Assembly (NCBI GenBank): GCA_948658045.1 | Contig: CAPMFN010000007.1 | Span: 16,865-80,864 of the forward strand | DNA length: 64,000 nt | Origin: Christensenellaceae bacterium | GTDB taxonomy: Bacteria > Bacillota > Clostridia > Christensenellales > Borkfalkiaceae | Reading direction: 5' to 3' | Shown here: positions 15,563 through 25,200 of the stretch, piece by piece | How the letters are laid out: each line of letters starts with the position of its first letter | Position numbering within the stretch: the first letter of the stretch is position 1 | Notes under the pieces: model-generated | Databases searched by the model: none | What the model saw: only the letters and a program-made list of their open reading frames with translations | What the model was told of the DNA's origin: nothing | Made by a program: the position numbers and the translations under genes

Positions 15563-16633
15563 TTAAAGGTCAAACGCTATCGCTGTAATATCGTCGTTTA
15601 AGTTACTGCTGAAAGATTTAAGGTTATTTTCGAGGTTTTTTATAAAATCGTCCGCCGTCCGCGAATATGAAAGGGTTTTTATTACCTTGTCCGCGCCGAA
15701 CATTTCCCCTCTGTCGTTTTTGCACTCGGTCACGCCGTCCGTCAAAAGCACAAGTATATCGCCTTTCTCATATGGTATGCTGTCGTCGAAGTAAGAGGGG
15801 TTGTCGAACCAGTTTGAAACGGGCGGAGAGTTCAGCATTATTCTCGTTATTCCGCTGCCCGTTTTTAAAAGCAGTGGTACGTTATGCCCTGCCATAGAAT
15901 ATGTAATGCTGTCGTCGTCAATGCGCACTGCGGCAACCGTAACGTAGTTTCTTTCGTCAAGGTTGAGTTCGCGGAATTTCGCGCTTAAATTGCTGATTGC
16001 CTGTGCAGGCGAGTATGCCGTTTTATCATATGCGGCTTTGACGAACGCCGAAAGCATACCTGCCGAAATTCCCTTGCCGGAAACGTCGGCAATTACTCCG
16101 CAGGCGCGGTTTCCGACCGTATAAACATCGGGAAGGTCTCCGCCTATTTCTCTGCACGGAAGATAAGTATAGGAGTATTTCTTGCCGCCTGCCCATTTGC
16201 CTGCGGGCAGAAGGCGTTGCTGTATGTTTTTCGCCGTCTGCAATTCGCGCGCAACTTCAAGTTCAAACGCGTCGTCTACCGTGCCCATATAAAGTCCGTC
16301 GCCCAATGGCGCGACAGTTACGGAATATGCCACTTCATGCATGTTTTCACCGCTTTTTACACGCTGAAAAACTCTTCTTCCGACTTCTTTGCCTGAAAGA
16401 AAAGCGTCTTCAAACGCTTCCGCAAGTCCGCATCCCCGGCAGGCGCCGTCCTCGCCGCAGCGCTTGCAGTCGCCGGCGCAAGCCGTAACCGCGCCTATAC
16501 TTCCTCGCATGCTTCCGTTGGGGAACAAGTTGCGGAATGCGCGGTTGCAGAATACCGTTTTTAAGTTTCTGTCGGCGACGATTACAGCCGTTTTTATGCT
16601 GTTTAATATTCGCCTTAGGTATTTTTCTGTCAT
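15563..16633 (-). CDS. PP2C-family (SpoIIE/RsbU-like) protein phosphatase with N-terminal sensor domain
   Basis: GGDLPDVY, ADVSGKGISAGMLSAF and LLTDGVTE motifs. The N-terminal ~110 aa are PAS-like and carry a 5-Cys cluster. Confidence 0.8.
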   Translation of the reverse strand: MTEKYLRRILNSIKTAVIVADRNLKTVFCNRAFRNLFPNGSMRGSIGAVTACAGDCKRCGEDGACRGCGLAEAFEDAFLSGKEVGRRVFQRVKSGENMHEVAYSVTVAPLGDGLYMGTVDDAFELEVARELQTAKNIQQRLLPAGKWAGGKKYSYTYLPCREIGGDLPDVYTVGNRACGVIADVSGKGISAGMLSAFVKAAYDKTAYSPAQAISNLSAKFRELNLDERNYVTVAAVRIDDDSITYSMAGHNVPLLLKTGSGITRIMLNSPPVSNWFDNPSYFDDSIPYEKGDILVLLTDGVTECKNDRGEMFGADKVIKTLSYSRTADDFIKNLENNLKSFSSNLNDDITAIAFDL

Positions 16634-16643
16634 AATTTCCGTT

Positions 16644-17519
16644 TTAAGGTAAATAGAAGTTGAGTTTGCTTTCGGCTATGCCGGCTTTGAAAGGGACGCT
16701 TTCATAAAGCTCTCCCTCCGCCTGAACGGTGAATTTATCGTTTTCGGGAATGAATTCTACCGATTTGGTTTTTACATAAGTTATGTTTTTGACTTGGCGC
16801 ACTTTTCCGCGCATTAGCTTTAAAAGCTCGCCTGGAATTTTCGGTTTGGAAATATAATCGCAGATAAGCAGGTCCATATAGCCGTCGTTTATTTTTGCAT
16901 CGGGAAACAGTTTTATGCCGCCGCCCAATTGCAAACCGTTGCCGACCGCCGCTATAAGCCCGAAATGCCGTTCTTCTACGCCGTCGTATCTTACTTTGAA
17001 ATTTATGCTTTTATAGTGGAAAAGGGTATATATCAGCGAGCGTAAGTATTTCGACCTGCCGCGCATGTTCTTGTTGTATACGCGTTTAAGTATTTCTACG
17101 TCAATTCCCATACCTACAGAATTAATTGAGCGCAAACCCGAAGAAAGTTCAATATAATCAATCTTTTGCGGCGCGCGGAAAGCTATAATTTCAGCCGCTT
17201 TTACGGGGTTGAGAGGTATACCTGCGGCTTCGGCAAAGTCATTGCCCGTACCGAAAGGTATCAGACCGAGCGCGCAGTTGTCAAAATCTTTTATTCCGTT
17301 GATAATATCGTGCAAAGTGCCGTCGCCGCCCATTGCAATTACGGTGTGTTTTTCGCCTGTCGAAGTGATTTTTTGCGTAATAATCTTCGCGTCGCCCGTT
17401 TTTTGCGTAAAAAGCACGTCTGCGTCTTTACCTGCGATTTCAAAAATCTTTTTAACTTCTTCAAGTTTGTTAAGACCTTTGCCTTTTAAATGTGTTTCGT
17501 TTGCCAGAATGTAATACAC
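16644..17519 (-). CDS. diacylglycerol/lipid kinase family protein (YegS/BmrU-like)
   Basis: GGDGTLHDIING and PFGTGNDFA motifs in a protein of 291 aa. Confidence 0.85.
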   Translation of the reverse strand: MYYILANETHLKGKGLNKLEEVKKIFEIAGKDADVLFTQKTGDAKIITQKITSTGEKHTVIAMGGDGTLHDIINGIKDFDNCALGLIPFGTGNDFAEAAGIPLNPVKAAEIIAFRAPQKIDYIELSSGLRSINSVGMGIDVEILKRVYNKNMRGRSKYLRSLIYTLFHYKSINFKVRYDGVEERHFGLIAAVGNGLQLGGGIKLFPDAKINDGYMDLLICDYISKPKIPGELLKLMRGKVRQVKNITYVKTKSVEFIPENDKFTVQAEGELYESVPFKAGIAESKLNFYLP

Positions 17520-17651
17520 TGCGGCACGCTCCGAATTTATCTTTTGAATTATCCGTAATCATTATATAACAAATAAATATGAATTGCAATAATTTTGAAA
17601 AAAGGCTATAATAAAAAAAATCAAAGCAAAATTCAGCGTACGGGAGGGTAT

Positions 17652-19016
17652 ATGAAGGAAATTTTATCCGACAATTTAATAAAACTTGCCCGAACCTGCC
17701 CGTATCCGCTTTATGTCGTAGGGGGCAGAGTGCGCGATTTTTTGGCAGGGCTTGAAACTGCCGACACGGACACCGATATATGCGCGCCCGCAAACGCGGA
17801 AGATTTTGTCCGCCGCGCAAAAAATGTCGGTTTCAATGTGGACGCCGCCTATAAAAATACAGGAACGGTAAAACTTTCGCTCGGTAAAGAAAGCTATGAA
17901 TTTACCTGTTTCCGTTCCGACGAATATGTAAGAGGTGAACACCGTCCCGTTAAAACTATTTTTACGGACGATATCCGCCTTGACGCGCGTCGGCGCGATT
18001 TTAAATGCAACGCAGTTTACTACGATATTGCGGAGGAAAGTTTCGCCGACCCTTTGGGCGGAATAAAGGACATAGAAACAAAGACCCTTACCACCGTTGC
18101 GGCGGCGGAAAAAGTGTTCGGGGAGGATGGGTTGAGGCTTATGCGGCTTGCAAGAATAGCCGCCGAAACAGGGTTTTCACCCGATGAAGAATGTATTGAC
18201 GGCGCGCGCAAAAACAGCGCGCTGATTTCGGACGTATCCGCAGAAAGAGTTTGGGCTGAACTTGACAGGATTTTACACGCGGATAAGCGATACGGCCGCA
18301 TATATGCCCCGTTTAACGGACTTTCGATATTAAAAACGACAGGTGTATTAAAGCATATTCTGCCTGAACTTTGCTTGGGCGAAGGAATGAAGCAGAGGCC
18401 GGATATTCACCGCTACGACGTGCTTGACCATTCCCTGCGCGCCGTTTTATACGCTCATCCCGACATTCGTCTTGCGGCGCTTCTGCACGACATCGGCAAG
18501 CCGTTCTGTATGATAAATTACGGTAATTTTTACGCCCATGACAAAGAGGGCGCGCGCATTGTTGCAGATGTCTGCGCAAGGCTTAAAGTTCCCAAAAAAC
18601 TTGCCGCGGAAACCGTTGCTCTGACCGAATTGCATATGTTCGATTTGCGCGGCGACGCGCGTGAAAACACCGTCAGGAAATTTACGGTCCGCAACTTGAA
18701 TATGTTCGATAAACTTATGCTTTTGAAACAAGCAGATTTTTCCGCATGTAAAGACGATACGTCCGTGGCGCCGTCAGTAACGAAAATGACGGGAATTTTA
18801 AACGCAATGAAAGCGGAGGGTGTGCCTTTGACTTTAAAGGAGCTTGCCGTGCGTGGCAGCGACCTTATTTCGGGCGGCTGTCCGCCGAGGCATACGGGAA
18901 AGGTTTTGGAAAGGCTTTTGCTTGACTGCGCGGTTAAACAGGTTGCAAACGAAAAAGAAAAGCTTTTGAAATATGCGGCAAAGTGCGTTTACCCTTCGCT
19001 TGGTTTGGAAGGGTAA
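17652..19016 (+). CDS. cca: CCA-adding tRNA nucleotidyltransferase with HD domain
   Basis: YVVGGRVRDFL, RRDFKCNA and HDIGKP motifs. The start is chosen at MKEIL, just after GGGAGGG. The track start at 17595 adds 19 codons and lacks an RBS. Confidence 0.8.
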   Translation: MKEILSDNLIKLARTCPYPLYVVGGRVRDFLAGLETADTDTDICAPANAEDFVRRAKNVGFNVDAAYKNTGTVKLSLGKESYEFTCFRSDEYVRGEHRPVKTIFTDDIRLDARRRDFKCNAVYYDIAEESFADPLGGIKDIETKTLTTVAAAEKVFGEDGLRLMRLARIAAETGFSPDEECIDGARKNSALISDVSAERVWAELDRILHADKRYGRIYAPFNGLSILKTTGVLKHILPELCLGEGMKQRPDIHRYDVLDHSLRAVLYAHPDIRLAALLHDIGKPFCMINYGNFYAHDKEGARIVADVCARLKVPKKLAAETVALTELHMFDLRGDARENTVRKFTVRNLNMFDKLMLLKQADFSACKDDTSVAPSVTKMTGILNAMKAEGVPLTLKELAVRGSDLISGGCPPRHTGKVLERLLLDCAVKQVANEKEKLLKYAAKCVYPSLGLEG

Positions 19017-19034
19017 AATAGGCTTCAAAATAAG

Positions 19035-19063
19035 TTGACAAGCTTTGCAAAATAATGTAATAT
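19035..19063 (+). promoter_or_regulatory. sigma-A promoter of rpsF-ssb-rpsR operon
   Basis: TTGACA (19035-19040), a 17-nt spacer, then TAATAT (19058-19063). Confidence 0.5.
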
Positions 19064-19137
19064 TTAAAAGCACGGTTGCCGTGCGTTTACCTTGCATACC
19101 GCAGGTGGTATGCCGATTAAGTCCGGGAGGTGAAACC
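19064..19137 (+). promoter_or_regulatory. structured rpsF 5' leader (candidate S6:S18 autoregulatory element)
   Basis: Two hairpins (GCACGG-TT-GCCGTGC and GCATACC-GCAGG-TGGTATGC) lie between the promoter and the GGGAGG RBS. Confidence 0.3.
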
Positions 19138-19422
19138 ATGAAAACTTACGAGATGATTTACGTTCTTGACGCGTCTCTTGCCGACGAGGCAAAGGAAGCG
19201 TTTGCAAAGAAGTTCGAGGACATTATTACGTCCAAGGGCGGCAAAGTCGTATCGGTTGACAAATGGGGCGTTAAAAAGCTTGCTTACCCCATCAACTATA
19301 AGACCGACGGCGATTACAATGTAATGACTTTCGAAGCCGACGGTACGGCGGTTAAGGAAATAGAAAGAATTTCCGACCTTTCTACCGAGGTTTTAAGAAG
19401 AATGATTACAGTTAAAGCATAA
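19138..19422 (+). CDS. rpsF: 30S ribosomal protein S6
   Basis: MKTYEMIYVLD... with a GGGAGG RBS. The track ORF starts upstream, inside the leader. Confidence 0.9.
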   Translation: MKTYEMIYVLDASLADEAKEAFAKKFEDIITSKGGKVVSVDKWGVKKLAYPINYKTDGDYNVMTFEADGTAVKEIERISDLSTEVLRRMITVKA

Positions 19423-19436
19423 GCATAGGAAGAGTT

Positions 19437-19850
19437 ATGAACAAAGTATTTTTAATAGGGAATTTAACGCGCGACCCCGAACTTACGGAAACATCGGGCG
19501 GAATTAAAATCTGCCGTTTTGCAATAGCCGTGAACAGAAATTATTCCGGCAGCGACGGCGAAAGGAAAACAGACTTTTTCAACGTAGTCGCATGGCGCGG
19601 TCTCGGTGAAACAGTTGCGCGTTTTGCAAAAAAAGGCAATAAAGTTGCGGTAAGCGGTTCAATCGAGCTGAGGAATTACGAAGACAGTCAGGGTGTAAAG
19701 CGTACGGGTATCGATATCGTAGCGCAGGATGTAGAATTCCTTTCTCCCAAGGCTGGCGGCTCGGACGATTTTGACGCGCCGGCTCCTTCTTCGAGAAGCT
19801 CCAAACCTCAGCTTCAACCATTTGACGACGATAGCGACATTCCCTTCTGA
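19437..19850 (+). CDS. ssb: single-stranded DNA-binding protein
   Basis: MNKVFLIGNLTRDPEL.. is the OB fold, and the acidic tail ends DDSDIPF. Confidence 0.95.
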   Translation: MNKVFLIGNLTRDPELTETSGGIKICRFAIAVNRNYSGSDGERKTDFFNVVAWRGLGETVARFAKKGNKVAVSGSIELRNYEDSQGVKRTGIDIVAQDVEFLSPKAGGSDDFDAPAPSSRSSKPQLQPFDDDSDIPF

Positions 19851-19870
19851 CATTTTAAGGAGTATTAATT

Positions 19871-20125
19871 ATGGAAGAAAATAAAACTGCGCCTGTTAAA
19901 AAGGCATATAAAAGAATTCCCCGCAAAAAAGTTTGCGTATTCTGTCAGGAAAAGATAGAACTTATTGACTATAAGGACGTAAACCGTTTAAAGAAGTTCG
20001 TTACGGAAAGCGGTAAAATGCTTCCTCGCAGAATGAGCGGAACTTGCGCAAAGCACCAAAGAGAGCTTTCCAAAGCTATCAAGCGCGCAAGGGTTGCGGC
20101 GTTGCTTCCTTTTAAAGGGGACTAA
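19871..20125 (+). CDS. rpsR: 30S ribosomal protein S18
   Basis: [18 protein letters not shown].. in the rpsF-ssb-rpsR context, with an AAGGAG RBS. Confidence 0.95.
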   Translation: MEENKTAPVKKAYKRIPRKKVCVFCQEKIELIDYKDVNRLKKFVTESGKMLPRRMSGTCAKHQRELSKAIKRARVAALLPFKGD

Positions 20126-20134
20126 AAAGTTAAT

Positions 20135-20166
20135 AAAAAGCGTTGCAGATTTGCAACGCTTTTTTA
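20135..20166. terminator. bidirectional terminator after rpsR / XRE gene
   Basis: AAAAAGCGTTGCA-GATT-TGCAACGCTTTTT. Confidence 0.7.
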
Positions 20167-20373
20167 ATATTCGCTTTTTCCTATAAGATAGTCTACCGAT
20201 ACGCCGAAAAATTCGCTTAAAGACCACAGCGCGGCAATATTGGGCTCGGCTTTCCCAATCTCCCAATAAGAAATTTTTCTTTGCGTAAAGCCGAGTTTGT
20301 CTGCAAGTTCGCGCTGTTGCAAACCTTTTTCTTTCCTTAATTCCTTTAATCTTTCTGCGAACAGTATTTGCAT
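20164..20373 (-). CDS. XRE-family helix-turn-helix transcriptional regulator (69 aa)
   Basis: LKELRKEKGLQQRELADKLGFTQRKISYWEIGKAEPNI is a canonical Cro/C1 HTH. Confidence 0.9.
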   Translation of the reverse strand: MQILFAERLKELRKEKGLQQRELADKLGFTQRKISYWEIGKAEPNIAALWSLSEFFGVSVDYLIGKSEY

Positions 20374-20383
20374 ATAAAAATTA

Positions 20384-20435
20384 TAGACGGAAATTGTCTA
20401 AAATACTTGACATAGACAATTTTTGTCTATATTAT
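20384..20435 (+). promoter_or_regulatory. divergent promoter region with two TAGAC-N7-GTCTA operators
   Basis: IR1 is TAGACGGAAATTGTCTA (20384-20400). TTGACA lies at 20407-20412. IR2, TAGACAATTTTTGTCTA (20413-20429), fills exactly the 17-nt spacer before TATTAT (20430-20435). Confidence 0.6.
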
Positions 20436-20455
20436 GGTTGTAGGGAGGAATTGAT

Positions 20456-20935
20456 ATGGAATTATCAACACAAGACAGCCAAGGTAAATATTATCTTTAC
20501 AACGAATCTTTTTGGACGGGCAAAAAAAGTCTGACAATCGACGGAAAACCGGCAACAAAGATTGCAAGAAAACAATTCAGGTGCGAAGAGGGTGAAAATT
20601 CGGTTGATTATAATATAAAAGGCAGTTTTTTGACGGGAGTAAGCATTTTATCGTCTAAAGGCGAAAATATTGTTCTTGCCAAAAACAAGTGGTACGACTG
20701 GCTTTTTATTTTCCTGCCGCTTTTGGGAATGATATTCGGCGTCGCGTTTTGCGGCGCGATAGGCGGCGCTTTAAGCGGACTGATGTGTTTTTCGGCAACT
20801 GTGGTAAACGCGGTGCTGTCAAGAACAAAATTGCCGCTTGCTGGTAAAATTCCTTTACAGATACTTGTAACTGTAGTTGCTAACGGCATTTGGTTCGGTA
20901 TCTACTGTCTTGTAGTTGTCGCAATATTTTATTAA
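20456..20935 (+). CDS. hypothetical membrane protein (soluble N-domain + 3 TM), probably XRE-controlled
   Basis: A GGGAGG RBS precedes the ATG. The N-terminal ~85 aa are hydrophilic and the C-terminal half is hydrophobic and Gly-rich (GVAFCGAIGGALSG). Confidence 0.6.
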   Translation: MELSTQDSQGKYYLYNESFWTGKKSLTIDGKPATKIARKQFRCEEGENSVDYNIKGSFLTGVSILSSKGENIVLAKNKWYDWLFIFLPLLGMIFGVAFCGAIGGALSGLMCFSATVVNAVLSRTKLPLAGKIPLQILVTVVANGIWFGIYCLVVVAIFY

Positions 20936-20964
20936 AAAACCGCACTTTCAAGTGCGGTTTTTAT
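20934..20964. terminator. bidirectional terminator
   Basis: AACCGCACT-TTCA-AGTGCGGTT with an A-run and a T-run. It overlaps the last codons of the yggS-like gene. Confidence 0.65.
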
Positions 20965-21637
20965 TTTGATAACTTCTTGCGCCGAATATCGCCGTGCCGA
21001 GGCGAATCATATTGCTGCCCTCTTCGATACAGATGCGCCAATCGCCGCTCATTCCCATTGAAAGATGCTTAAATTCTGCGCCGTTTTTATTTAAAAGGTC
21101 ATATTTTTCACGCATTTTCCGTGCAAGTTCCCTAAGTGTGCTTTCGTCGGCTTCCAAAGGAAGCATAGCCATAAGTCCCTGTACGTTTATGTTGGGCAGG
21201 CTTTTAATTTTTAAATAAACGTCTTCGGCTTGGTCTGAATCAAAGCCGCTTTTTGTGCCTTCATTGCCAATATTTATCTGAATAAGCACGTTTGAGATAA
21301 CTTGCGCGCTCAAACTGCGCTTTGAAAGCTCTTCTGCAAGTCCCAGTCTGTCGATTGAATGGTACAGGTCACATTTTCCCAACAGATACTTTATTTTGTT
21401 TGTCTGCAAATGTCCTATAAAATGGCGTTCAGGGCTTCCGCTTATGCCGTCGTATTTTTCCCTGAATTCCTGAACGTGGTTGTCGCCTATGTCTTTTATA
21501 CCTGCGGCTACCGCGCGGTTGATATCTTCCGTATTTTGTAATTTTACCGCGGCTACAAGCGTGACTTTTTCGCCGTATTTGTTATATTCGGGTATTTCTT
21601 TTAAAAGATTTTCAACGTTTTTTTCAATCATAAACAA
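20948..21637 (-). CDS. yggS: YggS-family pyridoxal-phosphate homeostasis protein
   Basis: VTLVAAVKLQ carries the PLP Lys. HFIGHLQTNK, SIDR and HLSMGMSGD motifs follow, in a protein of 229 aa. Confidence 0.85.
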   Translation of the reverse strand: MFMIEKNVENLLKEIPEYNKYGEKVTLVAAVKLQNTEDINRAVAAGIKDIGDNHVQEFREKYDGISGSPERHFIGHLQTNKIKYLLGKCDLYHSIDRLGLAEELSKRSLSAQVISNVLIQINIGNEGTKSGFDSDQAEDVYLKIKSLPNINVQGLMAMLPLEADESTLRELARKMREKYDLLNKNGAEFKHLSMGMSGDWRICIEEGSNMIRLGTAIFGARSYQNKNRT

Positions 21638-21732
21638 AGTTTAATTTAAAATTTTTGCGCTGTCAAGAAGATTTATCTTTTTGTCTGCCTAAACCGTTCG
21701 CTTTTTTTTAAGTTTGTGATATAATACTGTTT

Positions 21733-21969
21733 ATGAATAAAAGTTATCTTGCGGTTTTTATTGCTCAGCTTGTATGCGGACTTGTCTGCACTGCGCTCGG
21801 AATTTATTATATTTTTTACGGCAAGCCCGAACAAATCGCCGTATTTCTGATTGTCGGCGTTGTCTGTATCATAATGGGGATACGCACACTTTTGAAATAT
21901 CTTAAAGAGAGAAAGGCGAAAGAACAGCAGAAAAAAGAGGGCGGAGATACGGACGGCGGTCGGTTTTAA
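21733..21969 (+). CDS. small 2-TM membrane protein with K/E-rich tail
   Basis: Two clean hydrophobic helices. Preferred over the overlapping antisense 108-aa ORF. There is no SD, and TGaTATAAT lies 7 nt upstream of the ATG. Confidence 0.4.
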   Translation: MNKSYLAVFIAQLVCGLVCTALGIYYIFYGKPEQIAVFLIVGVVCIIMGIRTLLKYLKERKAKEQQKKEGGDTDGGRF

Positions 21970-22205
21970 GCTAAAAAATGTTATAAAATTTTCGAACATC
22001 CTGTATTTGTCATACTAAAATATGACAAATTTAGCAACAGGGTGTTTATTTTTTAGTAAAATAAGGGAAAATTTTAAAAAAATCGTGATTTTCGACAAAA
22101 ATTTATCATATATTTTTATTACAAACTTGACTTTTTGTCATAATAGTAATAAACTGTTAACATACATAATTATATAATCGGTAATTATTGTTTTAAAGGA
22201 AATGT

Positions 22206-25200
22206 ATGACAAAAAGAAAAACGACCGAAAACGGCTCCGACAAGGAACTGCAAATTGTCAAAACCGCAGGTTACAAAGTAACTAAGCGTGTTAAAAAAGA
22301 CAAGACTGTAAACCGCCGTGCCGGTCTTAAAATAAAAAATAAAAATCAGGACGGGGCCGCTACGGTTAAACGCCGTAAACCCCTTGCATTGAAACACGTC
22401 CGTCGTATGCGCAAAGCTGGTGCTGTGGCTTCGCTTGTTGCGGTTGCCGGTGTCGCGGCTGTGGGCGTGGGCTTTTTCGCGCCCAAAGTGGATACCGAAC
22501 TCGACAAGGATTTTCAAACTGTTTGTTATGAAGTTCCTGCCGACGCAGGGCTTCCGACCGACCATACGTTGATTGAAAACGTAGGGTATATGAACTATGT
22601 TCTTCAAAATCAGCAGTATTGGTCGTCAGAAATGTTTTCAACCGTCCATGCAATGGGCTTTACTCAGACTGTTGAAACTTACAAGCAGTATTATGAAGAC
22701 ATTCTTATCTCTGCGGATATCGCAAAAGGCTTTTCGCAGAAAGCTACGCAGTTCTGCGTTACGGACGAAGTTATTTTGTGGCGCGCATCGGCTAACACTA
22801 ATTTCGATAAAATGAACACACCTTGGTCGTCGGGCGACGCGCAGGGTATGACTTTGAATAATTTCAAGAAGAAGAGGGGCTTTCCTCCTTCTGAATTTTC
22901 CGTTTACGTTTTAAATGAAAGCACAGTAAAGAATGCGCAGGATTATACTGTCACGGATAACGGCGACGGAACGTATTCTATGAAACTTGACCTGTATTGC
23001 AATACGGGCGTTGACGAAACGTGCGCAGACTACTATTACAAGCTTCAGATGAAAGTTACGGGTGATTTGTACGATTGCCCCGTCATAGAGTCTACTTCGG
23101 TAACTTATACTTTTGATTCTGATTGGCGAGTTCTTTCTTTTAAAATCGAAGATAAATACGTCGCGCCTATCGCAATGGGCGTAAATATCGGCTGTTCTTC
23201 GGAAACGAGCGTTACTTTCGACTACGGCGAAAAGAATGCCGCAAACAGTTTTTGGAACGACTATTTCAAGGCACAGTACGACAGGCTGAAAGATACGCTC
23301 ACCGACGGCGGAAATGACGCTGAAGAAAATACGGACAATGCGTTGGGCTATCTTGCAGGCGCGTTCACAAGCGTACTTACCGAGGGCGCAATATTCAAAC
23401 TCGATTTAAGTTTTGACGAACTTTCGCTTGACGGCGTGGTTTGCATCGATATGGACGGCGACGGAATGGGCGTCACTGCAAAGCTGGGCGATATTCTTGT
23501 TTGGCTGGGCGACGGCAATACTCTGTATATAAACGACGGAGTTTCAAAATACAAACTTTGTCTTGACGGATTGGGCTCTTCTGGCTCCGACGCGCAGGGG
23601 CTCGGCGATGCTTTCAGCGTTACCGATATAATGGACCAGCTTACGGCAGGCGTTTTTACGGTTGACGAAGCTACGGGCATTGCGACTTTGCAGTCCGAAC
23701 TCGATTTGTTCGGTATCAAAATTTCGCTGTTCTTCGAATTCGGCGCAGACGAAAACGGAATTGCGCTCAATTACGTCGATGCGGAAATTCACGTCGGCGA
23801 TAAGACGGTTAAGGCAAGACTTGCTTTCGGCGAGGAGAAGGACAGACCTGTTACCGATAGCGATTTAAGCGCTTATACCGACATTTTAAACGACGGCGTA
23901 TCTTTTAACGTAAACTTAAAGTCAGGTGAGTTCAATCTTACGGGAATTGCAAAAATTTATCTTGACAACGGCAAGTTTACAGGTATGTATGTTCAGCTCG
24001 GAGATATAGCCGTATTTTACGATTGCCCCCTTAATATGCTTTACTTTACTGAGGGCAGCGTAAGATATAAACTTGATTTGAATGCCGTCTCCGCAGGAAG
24101 TAACGGCGGCGCGAACTTGTCTTCCGTTCTCGATAAATTAAATATTAGTTCCGTACTGAAAGAGGTGATTTCCAATCTTGCCGCAAATAAAGACGGCGTT
24201 ATCAGCACGGGATTTGCTTTGAATATAGAACAGCTCAAAACGGCGCTTGACGCCGAGGTTGGTTTAAAAATCAAAGGCGGCTTGGGCGTAGACCTTTCCC
24301 TCAATCTTGACGGCAAAGAAGTTTCTTTTTCTGCAGGGCTGACCAATGAACAGGTTGCGCTGCCCGACTTTACGCAATATGACGATATTCTGAATTCAGA
24401 AATTTCTGTTGATTTGAAGCTTACGCTTTTAACTAATAACGATAAAGACAAAGTCGACCTGCAAGGCAAGGCTACTGTTTGTCTTTCAGACGGCAAACTC
24501 AGTGAAATCAGGGCTGACTTCGGCGGACTTGCGGTATATTACGAAGTTTCTTCGGAAACGTTCTATATTAAATTAGGTCAAACCAAAGTAATGGTAGACC
24601 TCGGCAAACTGCAGTCGGTTTCTTCGCAGACTGCGTTGCTTACGGCTGATAAAAATATAATTGCGGAAGATATTCCTGCGATACTTTCAGATTTATTGAA
24701 AAATCTTGTTACTGAAAGCAAACTTATTTCTTCGAATACAAATCTTACTGTGTTGGACGCGGTTATTCCGTTGTCAGCTTCGGTAAGTTTAGACGGCGGA
24801 CTTAAAGTTAACGCCGAAGCGGTTTTGCTCGGAATAAACGTCAATGCGGATTTAAGTTTTTCACAGACTTCGGTTCAACCTTTGGGCGAAGAAGACAAGG
24901 CGGAGTATATAAACGTGTTGGAAGAAGCCGACAAGCTTTTAAACAGTATTATAGGCGATCGTATTTCCGCAAACGTTTCGGGTACGCTTTACTCTTACGA
25001 TTCTGAAAAATATGCAAATTACGGCTATGTAAAATACAATTTCGAAGCTTTGCTTGAATTTGAAAGACCCGAAATATCTGATGAAGTCGGTTCTGCGGAA
25101 GAGGTTTTGGAACAGATTACATCCGACGATTCGCTGTATATTCATTTAAATATCTCGTTAAATGCAAAATCTCCCGAGGACGACAGCCTGTATTTTGATT

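Noticed and set aside
17470-17820. A 116-aa minus-strand ORF spanning the lipid-kinase / cca intergenic region.
   Set aside because: It overlaps the 5' ends of two well-supported divergent genes. It has no RBS and a Cys/Arg-rich composition.
21673-21999. A 108-aa minus-strand ORF overlapping the small membrane ORF.
   Set aside because: The plus-strand ORF gives two clean TM helices and a plausible promoter. The minus-strand product looks random. The choice remains uncertain.
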